Assembly (NCBI GenBank): GCA_964016885.1
Contig: CAXHJY010000512.1
Span: 1 to 31,770 of the forward strand
Length of the DNA: 31,770 nucleotides
Direction: 5' to 3'
From: Eledone cirrhosa
Taxonomy: Eukaryota
In this document: positions 1 to 16,413 of the stretch, one piece after another
How positions within the stretch are numbered: position 1 is the stretch's first letter
Layout of the letters: each line of letters starts with the position of its first letter
Made by a program: the position numbers and the translations under genes
The notes under the pieces: model-generated
Told to the model about the DNA's origin: nothing
Databases searched by the model: none
The model's input: the letters and a program-made list of their open reading frames with translations, nothing else

Positions 1-144
1 ATATATATATATGTATACATATATATATATACATATATATATATAGACATATATATATACATATATAGATTTATACATATATATATATATACATATATAT
101 ATATACATATATATACATATATATATATACATATATATATATAC

Positions 145-186
<42 letters not shown>

Positions 187-252
187 ACATATACATATAG
201 ATATATATACATATATATATATATACATATACATGTATATATATACATATAT
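1..252. repeat. degenerate (AT)n/(ATAC)n microsatellite
   Basis: Seen directly: TA runs punctuated by C. Confidence 0.97.
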
Positions 253-596
253 GGAGGCACATGGCTTAGTGGTTAGAGCATTGGCCTTGCAATCGAAAGG
301 TTGTGAGTTCAATTCCCAGACCGGGTGATGTGTTGTTTCCTTGAGCAAGACACTTTATTTCACATTGCGCCAGTTTACTCAGCTGTAGAAATGAGATGAT
401 AGGGACTGGGATCCCTATCATTCCACTGCAAAGTGGTCGTGGAGGTGCCACGGCAAAAAAGCACCCAGCACTCACTGTAAATGAGGTTGGTGGTAGGAAG
501 GGCATCCAACTGTAGAAATCAAGCCAGAATCAGTTCCCGTCCCACCCTTGCAAGCAGGGAAAAGTGGACGTAAAATGAAATGATGATGAATGATGA
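253..596 (+). mobile_element. tRNA-derived CORE-type SINE with RTE-LINE-derived 3' tail
   Basis: Pol III A box TGGCTTAGTGG (262-272) and B box GTTCAATTCC (307-316). Central CCTTGAGCAAGACACTT...CAGTTTACTCAGCTGTAGAAATG resembles the MIR/CORE domain. 433-596 matches the LINE 3' UTR at about 17842-18105 and ends in (TGA)n. Confidence 0.88.
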
Positions 597-735
597 TATA
601 TATACATATATATATATACATATATATATATACATATATATATATACATATATATACATATATATATATATATACATAGATATATATCCATATATATATA
701 TACATATATATATACATATATATATATACATATAA

Positions 736-939
736 CTATACGAACATGCCAGACAACAACACAACATTAACAGAGACAACATAGAAATTAGAAAAATATC
801 TAAACATAGAAATGACCCAGCAGATAGGCAAATCAGAGAGGACATTAAAATAGAACTTAGAAGGCCAAGGCTAAACAGAAAAAATGAATGGAATAACAAC
901 AACACCCAAACAAACAACACTGACCTAAGAGAAGTATAA
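736..939 (+). pseudogene. C-terminal fragment of a Penelope-like element GIY-YIG endonuclease
   Basis: Hand translation [52 protein letters not shown]...* fits the PLE EN C-terminal pattern (EH..H, R.IRE.I.I...P.LN); a hammerhead-like motif follows downstream. Confidence 0.65.
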
Positions 940-1200
940 ATAAATAAATAAATAGATAAATAAATAAATACATACACAAGCAGAATAACAAAAAACACAT
1001 ATGAACACACACTAGTTAAGATAGAATACAATAACCAATACACAGCCACCCAATCACGAACACACATCAAACAAAACACTATACACACATGCAAACGCAT
1101 GCGCAAAGAAGACAAAATAAAATAAACAAATAAATAAATATATAAACAAACTAATTAAAGATGGCGTAGAAAATACAATGCAACGGGAGGAAACAATACA

Positions 1201-1242
1201 ACCACTGACGATGTTGCAGTTGTGCAACGAAAGAACTTTGAT
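1201..1242 (+). ncRNA. degenerate minimal type I hammerhead ribozyme motif
   Basis: CTGACGA(T) 1205-1212, perfect stem II GTTGCA/TGCAAC, GAAA 1229-1232, minimal stem III, CUU site; stem I only 3 of 4 pairs. Confidence 0.5.
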
Positions 1243-1268
1243 ATACTATATATATGTGTTTGTGTCTA

Positions 1269-1435
1269 TATTGTATCTGTATTTGAGCGTTGGTCAGTCA
1301 ATGGTAACATTGAGGACCGAATAAATTAGAATACCGATATAAAAGACACAGAAGCGAAAACCAACCAAACAGTGAGTGTGTTCTGTTATTAATTCTGGCA
1401 ATATTACACAAATATGACCCTCCCCAAGTATAACA
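1269..1435 (+). mobile_element. possible short solo-LTR remnant
   Basis: Ends in TATAACA with an imperfect inverted match at the left end; internal AATAAA and TATAAAA; no TG start and no clear TSD. Confidence 0.25.
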
Positions 1436-4576
<3,141 letters not shown>

Positions 4577-5129
4577 GGTGGCTGCCAACTCGTTTTCGAG
4601 TACGGCCACTACTTTATATCCATGTAGGAGAACCCCTACTGATGCGCTGAACGAGTGTGACTTTTTAGTCCAGCCAGCGACTTGAAAGCTCTGGTACAAA
4701 CACTACACTTGTGACAATTATTGACACATAGTGCTGGGCCATGGTACCATGTGACGACAAATGCAGAGAGATCTCCAGATACAAAGCAATGCCTGTGCCG
4801 TGAAGCTTTTATAGTGAGCAAGGCACTGCACAATGCCAGTCCCACTCTCTTAACCAAGATGATATTTACCAAAAAGAAGAACAAGTCAACATCATTGGAT
4901 ACCATCAGGGTTGCAGGTGTTATATCAGAGTTTTCCTTCTCCTAGAATTCCGCCTTGACAAAGGCTAAGGGGTCATCTCTCCCGGTGATTTTGGATGGCC
5001 ATTGACTCTTAAGAGCTCCTTTGCCTTTTGACAGGTTTTGTTTTTAGTCCTGCAGGATGTCCAAAGTCACCCTCCTCACCAAGAAACCTTGGTGGGGTTG
5101 CCAGTTTAGTCGCCAACGACCCGACCATG

Positions 5130-5132
<3 letters not shown>
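4577..5132 (-). mobile_element. bipartite non-autonomous RTE (BovB-like) element, copy 1
   Basis: Minus strand: RTE 5'UTR motif CTAGGAGAAGGAAAACTCTG, then C2H2 remnant [22 protein letters not shown], then 3' hairpin GGCCGTACTCGAAAACGAG; near-identical copy at 8065-8655. Confidence 0.85.
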
Positions 5133-8064
<2,932 letters not shown>

Positions 8065-8655
8065 GGTGGCTGCCAACTCGTTTTCGAGTACGGCCACTAC
8101 TTTACATCCATGTAGGATAACCCCTACCGAAGCGCTGAACGAGTGTGACTTTTTAGTCCAGCCAGCGACTTGAAACCTCTGGTACAAACACTACACCTGT
8201 GACAATCATTGACACATAGTGCTAGGCCCATGGTAGGACAATTATTGACACATAGTGCTGGGCCCATGTGAGGACAAGTGCAGAGAGATCTCCAGATATA
8301 AAGCAATGCCTGTGCCGTGAAGCTTTTATAGTGAGCAAAGGCACTGCACAAAGCCAGTCCCACTCTCTTAACCAAGATGCTATTTACCAAAAAGAAGAAC
8401 AAGTCAACGTCATTGGATACCATCAGGGTTGCAGGTGTTATATCAGAGTTTTCCTTCTCCTAGAATTCTGCCTTGACTAAGGCTAAAGGGGTCATCTCTC
8501 CCGGTGATTTTGGATGGCCATTGACTCTTAAGAGCTCCTTTGCCCTTTGACAGGTTTTGTTTTTAGTCCTGCAGGATGTCCAAAGTCACCCTCCTCACCA
8601 AGAAACCTTGGTGGGGTTGCCAGTTTAGTCGCCAACGACCCGACCATGAGACAGG
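8065..8655 (-). mobile_element. bipartite non-autonomous RTE (BovB-like) element, copy 2
   Basis: Highly similar to 4577-5132, with an extra GACAATTATTGACACATAGTGCTGGGCCCATG-type repeat unit at about 8200-8268. Confidence 0.85.
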
Positions 8656-8745
<90 letters not shown>

Positions 8746-9100
8746 CATATATATATATATCTACATATATATATATATCTACATATATATATATATCTAC
8801 ATATATATATATATCTACATATATATATATATCTACATATATATATATCTACATATATATACATTATATATATATACATATATATATATACATATATATA
8901 TATACATATATATATATACCATATATATATATACATATATATATATATACATATATATATATACATACATATACATATATATACATACATATACATATAT
9001 ATACATACATATACATAAATATATACATATATATATATACATATATACATATATATATATACACATATATATATACATATATACATATATATATATACAT
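8656..9100. repeat. (AT)n/(ATAC)n/(ATCT) microsatellite
   Basis: Seen directly. Confidence 0.95.
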
Positions 9101-10820
9101 ATTGACCTAGATGAAATGCAGTTCGGGTTTGTGTCAGGCAAAAGCACCACAGACGCTCTTTTCATAGTACGGACAACTACAGGAGAAGTACCTAGCTAAA
9201 GGTAAACCCCTCTACTTAGCTTTTGTCGACCTGGAGAAAGCCTTCGACAGAGTCCCCCGCTCCATTATCTGGTGGGCTCTTAGAAAACTAGGCGTTGACG
9301 GATGGCTTGTGAGGGCTATACAAGCCATGTATAAAGAAACAGTCAGCAAGGTTAGAATTAACAACGAATATAGTGAAGAGTTTAGCGTAAAAGTTGGCGT
9401 CCATCAGGGCTCTGTTCTCAGCCCCCTACTATTTATTATTGCCCTTCAGGCTATAACAGAGGAGTTCAAGACAGGCTGCCCATGGGAACTCCTATACGCA
9501 GACGACCTGACACTCATAGCGGAATCAATGGCCGAGCTAGAGAAGAAATTCCAAACATGGAAGCACGGGCCTAGAGTCAAAAGGACTTAAAATTAACCCT
9601 GGCTAAGACTAAAGTTCTAGTTTGTAGGAAAGAAAACAAGGCGGCGGTCCCTTCTGGAAATGGTCGTGCTCGGTATGTAGGAAAGGCGTAGGTAGAAACT
9701 CCATCTTATGTCCTAAATGCAAAGTATGGGTGCATAAAGATGTAGTGGGATCACAGGTAAGCTAACTAAGAACATAGACTTTACATGTGGCCGGTGTTCT
9801 GGTGCAATAAGTAGCAGCAAGTGCCCACAAAATACTAGCTCTTTCAATTGCGCAGAGGGTTCTATAGAAATAGTGGACAGCTTCCGTTACCTGGGCGATA
9901 AAATCAGCAGTGGGGGAGGGTGCTCTGAAAGTACTGTAGCTAGAGTCAGAACTGGTTGGAAAAAGTTCAGAGAGCTTATACCACTATTAGCTGCTAAAGG
10001 GTTCTCCCTAAAAATGAAAGGCAGGTTGTACGATGCCTGCATACGAACAGCAATGTTGCATGGTAGTGAGACCTGGGCATTGTGTGCAGAGGATATACGC
10101 AGACTAGAGAGGAACGAAGCTTGCATGCTCCGCTGGATGTGTAACAGTAATATACTGTGAACGGCAAAGCATAAACGAACTAAGGAAAAAATAGAGATAA
10201 GAGGGATCAGATGTTGTTTACTCGAGAGAAGGCTGCGTTGGTATGGACACGTGATGCGCATGAAAGTCGATAGCTGTATTACAAAGTGCAGGGCAATAAA
10301 GATAGACGGTAGCCACGGAATAGGCAGACCTAGAAAAACATGGGATGAGCTGATAAACTCCGACCTCACACACTTACACCTCTCAAGACAATGTCCACTG
10401 GACCGAGACCTTTGGCGGTACTCAGTAACAGAGAAGACCCGCCTTGCCAGTAGGCATCTCTAACAAAATACACCCCGTCCCGCCACCACCCACACCCCAT
10501 CCACACCACCCCGTTCTATGTAAAGTTATGTTGGTGCCGCGCCATCCAGCCGAAACAAATGAGATCGTGTAGGTGTCACGACAAAAAAAACACACCAGTC
10601 CACGCTGTAACTGTGGCCGTGTAGGCAACACGGTAAAAACCTCCCAGACCCACACTGTAAATGTGGTTGGTGTTAGGAAGGGCATCCAACTGTAGAAAAC
10701 CTGCCAGACAGTCCTATGCGAGCAAGACAATCACTCTTGCCTCAAGTGGGACTACCCCCGTCCAAACCCATGCAAGCGTGGAACACGGACCTTAAACGTT
10801 GATGATGATGATGATGATGA
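9101..10820 (+). mobile_element. 5'-truncated RTE-clade LINE, family A copy 1 (frameshifted RT)
   Basis: DEMQFGF, DLEKAFDRVP, GVHQGSVLSPLLF, YADD, RRLRWYGHV across several frames; 3' UTR 10464-10800; (GAT)n tail. Confidence 0.95.
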
Positions 10821-10858
10821 TATATATATATACATATATATGATGGCTGTATATATAC

Positions 10859-10890
<32 letters not shown>

Positions 10891-10914
10891 ATATATGATA
10901 CATATATAAATATA

Positions 10915-10960
10915 TGATTGCTGCCCCCTCGTTATCGAGTATGGCCATTGCACGAGGAGA
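10915..10960 (-). mobile_element. isolated BovB-like RTE 3' terminus
   Basis: Minus strand GGCCATACTCGATAACGAGGGGGCAGCAATCAT, homologous to the 3' ends at 4577-4606 and 8065-8094. Confidence 0.75.
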
Positions 10961-10984
10961 AAAAAAAAAAAATAATAATAATAA

Positions 10985-11015
<31 letters not shown>

Positions 11016-11017
11016 AA

Positions 11018-11560
11018 AAATGATCCACTGGCACCTGTGCAAAGTAAACAATTTACCACATTCTGAGAAATGGTATGAGCATAGGCCAGAGGCGGTGATG
11101 GAGAACAATCAGGTGAAGGTGCTGTGGGATTTTAGGATACAGACGGACAAAAAACTGGAACACAATAGACCTGACCTGGTGGTTGTGGACAAAGAAAAAA
11201 GATTGTGTCTGATTGTGGATGTGGCCTGCCCGTTCGACACGAGAGTGCAAGAGAAGGAGAGGGAGAAAATTAACCGATACCAGGACGTAAAGTGGGAGGT
11301 GAAAAGGATTTGGAACTGCCATGAAGTCAAAGTGATCCCGATTGTCATAGGCGCACTGGGGGACTATCTCCAAAGTTTCCAGGGATGGTTGAAGAAGATC
11401 GGCCCCTTCACGCTTTTTGGAACGCTTCAAAAGGCATGCTTGCTTGGAACAGCAAGAACCCTCCGATACGTCCTGAATATCTGAGGCTGCAGGTAGTGGC
11501 TTGATATTCAATCCAACGGACTTTCCAGTTAACCAACATCAATGACTGAGATTCAAGGAA
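11018..11560 (+). mobile_element. 3' fragment of R4/Dong-clade non-LTR retrotransposon (restriction-like endonuclease domain)
   Basis: IHW.LCK, KWYEH.P, LWDF.IQTD, NRPDLVVVDK, IVDVACP, EK..RY, IPIVIGALG, QKACLLGTA; stop at 11484; (AAT)n on both sides. Confidence 0.9.
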
Positions 11561-11790
11561 TAATAACAACAATAATAAAAATAATAATAATAATAAATAA
11601 ATAAAAATTAAAAAAAAAAAATATATATATATATATATATACATATACATACACACACACACACATACATTAATAATAATAATAATAACAACAACAATAA
11701 TAATAATGACAACAACAATAATAATATACATATACATCTACACACACACGCACACACACAAGCATATCTACACACACACACACACACACG
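11561..11790. repeat. compound (AAT)n/(A)n/(AT)n/(CA)n microsatellite
   Basis: Seen directly. Confidence 0.9.
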
Positions 11791-12870
11791 ATAGCAACTA
11801 ACAGCGCTGCGATCGAATATGGCTTTTAACCCAGCCAATGATCTAAAATGTCTTGCATAGAGTCGGCAACCAAAACATTTACTGGGAATAGTCGGCTGTG
11901 GTTGGAGTTTGTGTACTTTTGCATGTCGCTTGAGCCCTCCTGCTGATTTACATTCTCTACCACATGTTTGGCAAGCATGATGAGTAGCATCTCCAACAGC
12001 AGCCTGGTCGTCAACCACTGGTCTTACTTTATGACTGCGAAGATGACTTTCGAGTCCAGCTTTGCTTAGGCAGAGTCTCGCACATACGCTGCATGTCAGC
12101 ACCATAGGAGGACCCTCGCCGTCTGGAAGTGCAACAGCAATGCCCTTCCTCACATCCCGCTTTACTTTCTCGTATGCGATTCGAGATGCCTCAAAGGCAA
12201 CTTTTCCCTCATATACAGTCCTTTCTCCATTTATTACGATCAGGCAGATATGTTAGCGTCTTTCAGAGAGGCTTTCAAGGAATCCTTATACCTCTTTTTT
12301 GGTTTATGTGGCGGTCGTTTTCCTTTAACCAACTCTCCATAAAAGAGTTGTTTTGATATTCTAGAATCCTTCATCCTGGCAAGGTGACCACTCCAACGGA
12401 GTCGTTGCTTAAGCACAACGGCTTCTATACTGTCACACAAAGGGCTTTCCAAAATAATTTGTTCACAAGCGCAGTCTTAACAGCAAATCCTACCCCAGCC
12501 TCTCTTCTGGTTCCTTCATCTCTTCCTTTCCAGAAGAATGTATATTCTCCACAAAATTCCGTAAGATGACCATCTCCAGCTAGCCTCGTCTCAGATAAAG
12601 CCACGATGTCAGATCGCAACGTCGAAGCTCCTTTCAACAAGAGCGGTCCTTCGTTCAGGACGCCCCAAGGAATCCCTGTCAAGCAGCGTCCGTACGTTCC
12701 AGCAGCCAAGACTAAATGCCTTGTTTGGCTCTATTACAATGGCACGATGACGAGCGGGCCCAGGCTGTGATAACCTGGGGGCCCCTGCCCCTTATTGCCA
12801 ATGATCTTTTTTTGTTCCAGAACCTAAATTGCCAATTATCTTTTATATTGTTCTGGAACATCATTGAATT
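11791..12870 (-). mobile_element. internally deleted BovB-like RTE: APE N-terminus fused to post-RT C-terminus with three C2H2 fingers
   Basis: GCWNVRTL, RPERRTA, DIVALSETRL, YTFFWKG, GVGFAVK, then an abrupt jump near 12455 to QRLRWSGHLARM..KQLFYGEL..KRYKDSLK; fingers CSVC..HLRSH, CQTC..HAKVH and a decayed third. Confidence 0.88.
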
Positions 12871-12892
12871 GGGAAAAAAAAAAAAAAAAAAA

Positions 12893-12932
<40 letters not shown>

Positions 12933-12949
12933 ACTATTAATAATTATTA

Positions 12950-13230
12950 ATGCACTCGTGCAATGCCTGTGCGTGACAAATATTTTAAAGTGAGGAAAGA
13001 CTGTGCACTGAGCCAATCCCACTCTCTGAGCGACGGTAGCTATAACCCGAAAAGAAGAAAAGATCAACATCATCTGTAACTACTGAGCCGCAGGTTTTAT
13101 GTCGGAGTTAACCAGTTTCCTGAGATGCCTTCTCCTAGAAGAATGCCCTGACAAGGGCTAGGGGTTCTTCACTCCCAGTGGTTTAAATGCGCGATCGGGC
13201 ATCCAGCCCGATTATTTCTATGTCCCCACG
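12950..13230 (-). mobile_element. BovB-like RTE 5'UTR fragment
   Basis: CCCCTAGCCCTTGTCAGGGC..CTAGGAGAAGG, GATGATGTTGA, AGAGAGTGGGATTGGC and GCACAGGCATTGC are colinear with 4790-4975. Confidence 0.78.
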
Positions 13231-13380
13231 CAAAAAAAAAAAAAAAAAAAAATCACTTATTGACACTTATACGTACGACATACACACACACACGCATACA
13301 TATGCGCGCACACAGCAACACTCATACATAGAAACAAACACACACACGCTACTCTTCTCACTTCCACACACTTACACACA

Positions 13381-13427
<47 letters not shown>

Positions 13428-13489
13428 CCGTCATTACTGATACAAGATTACAAGATTATGTCAACATATATATATACATATATATATAT

Positions 13490-13520
<31 letters not shown>

Positions 13521-13650
13521 TACATATATATATACATATATATATATATGTATATATATTTATATGTATATATATATATATGTATTATATATGTTATATA
13601 TATATATATGTATATATATATGTATATATATATATACAATATATATATAC

Positions 13651-13683
<33 letters not shown>

Positions 13684-13708
13684 CATATATATATACATAT
13701 ATATATAC

Positions 13709-13739
<31 letters not shown>

Positions 13740-13824
13740 CATATATATATACATATATATATATATATACATATATATATACATATATATATATATACAT
13801 ATATATATATACATATATATATAC

Positions 13825-13891
<67 letters not shown>

Positions 13892-14077
13892 CATATATAC
13901 ATATATATATATAATATACATATATATATATACATACATATATATACATATATATACATATATATATATACATACATATATATACATATATATACATATA
14001 TACATATATATATACATATATATATATATACATACATATATATACATATATACATCTATATATATATACATATATAT
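13231..14077. repeat. poly(A), (CA)n and (AT)n/(ATAC)n arrays
   Basis: Seen directly. Confidence 0.92.
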
Positions 14078-14305
14078 AATCCTGCTGTCACAGAACTAAA
14101 AACCTTTTTCCACTACAAGCCGAATATTACATAAAAGAGGGACATCCCCCAACTATATAAACCTTAATCTAGTTAGAAAAATATAAAAACAATCTCTTCT
14201 CAACATATATTAATAACCTTAAATTACCACAGTAATAATGGAAAGATATGCTGTTGAGAATAGGTGCAAATATGCGATAATGAATGTGTCTAAAAACGTC
14301 CATAA

Positions 14306-14441
14306 GTATGTATATATATGTGAAAATGTATATAAATAAGTAAATATATATATATATGTTTGATGTGTATAGTTAGATGTAAGTGTATTCATGTATTAAA
14401 GTGCTTATATATATATGTATATATTATGTGTGTATATATGT

Positions 14442-14509
<68 letters not shown>

Positions 14510-14790
14510 GTATATATGTGTATATGTATGTATATATGTGTATATAGATGTGTATGTATGTGTATGTGTGTACACATGAACTAGAGTAAGTATGTATATA
14601 TGTGTGTGTCTATACGTGTGTATATAAAGATAAGTTGAGTTATGAAAATGTATACACATGAGCGCGTAAGTATGTACATGAATACATGTGTGTATATATA
14701 TGTGTATGCATGTGTATATATATGTAGTATGAATATGTGAATTGTGAGTATATGTATTTTGTAGAGTGTGCAAATATATTTGTGTGTGAA
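14306..14790. repeat. decayed (AT)n/(ATGT)n/(GT)n array, opposite polarity to most arrays here
   Basis: Seen directly. Confidence 0.85.
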
Positions 14791-15086
14791 TGCGTGGTGA
14801 AAGGATACGTACACTTGAAAGAAAAATTTAAGTCTGAATGTTAATTAAGTGCAAACACAAAACCAACCACGCATATCTTTACTATCTCTAATCCTTCTAT
14901 AAATTTAGAAAATAACCAATAATATATTCTATAAAAAATGTCAAAACAACAGATGGGAATCTAATTACTCACTGCCACCAAGAATTCTCACTGCTATCGA
15001 AAAACCACTCCTTCAACTATTCTTCTAACAACTTCACCCCTCCCTCCTAATATTCTCTATAAAAACTAAATAGGTCCTCAGTAATA

Positions 15087-15206
15087 TTATTCTGATGAAT
15101 TGACAGTAAATAATAACATTGAAATATTGAATGTCTGCATAACTAAAAGTTTGTAGATAGCAGCTGTTTTAGGTTATGTAACTGTTATAGAAACACGTGT
15201 CAATAA
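15087..15206 (+). ncRNA. type I hammerhead-like motif with extended stem II (Penelope-type)
   Basis: TTATT-CTGATGA (15092-15098) ... GAAAC-ACGT-GTC (15190-15201)-AATAA; stem II TGACAGT/ACTGTTA, with the two positions next to the core mismatched. Confidence 0.6.
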
Positions 15207-15362
15207 ATTCCTTTCAACTAAACTGTATCCATTCAAATCTTTCTATTTTTCTCCGGATTACTTTTGGAACTACAACTGGAACCGTCGAGCAAACTCTACG
15301 TGAGCTGATAATCTACTGTGTGTAATATTTATATTACAACACAACGGAAAATACTGTATACA

Positions 15363-15468
<106 letters not shown>

Positions 15469-15487
15469 CATTATATAATATATATAC

Positions 15488-15534
<47 letters not shown>

Positions 15535-15570
15535 CATATATATATACATACATATATATATATATACAGT

Positions 15571-15794
15571 GAAGGCGTGTGGCTGAGTGGTTAGAGTATT
15601 GGATTCACAATCGTGAGGTAGTGAGTTCGATTGCCTGAACACAGGCGATGCGTTATGTCCTTGAGCAAGACACTTTATTTCACGTTGCTCCTTCTACCTG
15701 GAGTTGCGACCGATAGATAGTATTAGCAATTGGAAAGACCAACGGAAACATAGTTTTCCTCGGTCCGATTTGACGAAAGTCGATCGACTAGAAC
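15571..15794 (+). mobile_element. tRNA-derived SINE with partial CORE and a different 3' tail
   Basis: A box TGGCTGAGTGG 15580-15590, B box GTTCGATTGC 15625-15634; CCTTGAGCAAGACACTTTATTTCAC identical to the SINE at 253; unrelated tail. Confidence 0.85.
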
Positions 15795-15824
15795 ATATAT
15801 ATATATACATATATTTATATATAC

Positions 15825-15871
<47 letters not shown>

Positions 15872-16276
15872 CATATACATATATACATATATATATATAC
15901 AGTACATATATATACATATACTTATATATATATACATATATATACATATATATATACATATATATATATACATATATATATATACATATATATATATACA
16001 TATATATACATATATATATATACAAATATATATATACATATATATATATACATATATACATATATATATATACATATATATACTACATATATATATCCAT
16101 ATATATATACATATATACATATATATATACATATATACATATATATATACATATATATATACATATATATATACATATATATATACATATTATATATATA
16201 CATATATATATACATATATATATATATATACATATATATAAATATATATACATATATATATACATAATACATCTAC

Positions 16277-16309
<33 letters not shown>

Positions 16310-16326
16310 TATATATATACATATAT
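15795..16326. repeat. (AT)n/(ATAC)n array
   Basis: Seen directly. Confidence 0.95.
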
Positions 16327-16413
16327 AGTACGTTATTCCGGGTTGAATCGGAGGTAACCACAGTAAGTAAGGTACTCAATACATTGCAGAGTATAAAAGT
16401 TTTAATATAGATG

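Noticed and set aside
253-325. Functional tRNA genes (also 15571-15645)
   Set aside because: A and B boxes are present but acceptor stems are poor and CORE sequence follows, so these are SINE heads; the parent tRNA cannot be assigned
519-1115. 198-aa hydrophobic membrane-protein-like ORF on the minus strand
   Set aside because: Antisense reading of an A/C-rich PLE remnant and microsatellite
11820-12110. Host C2H2 zinc-finger gene
   Set aside because: The fingers follow RTE C-terminal motifs on the same strand and match the finger remnant in the bipartite elements
14078-14305. Possible host exon in a unique AT-rich island
   Set aside because: No convincing reading frame, splice pattern or motif recognised; left unassigned
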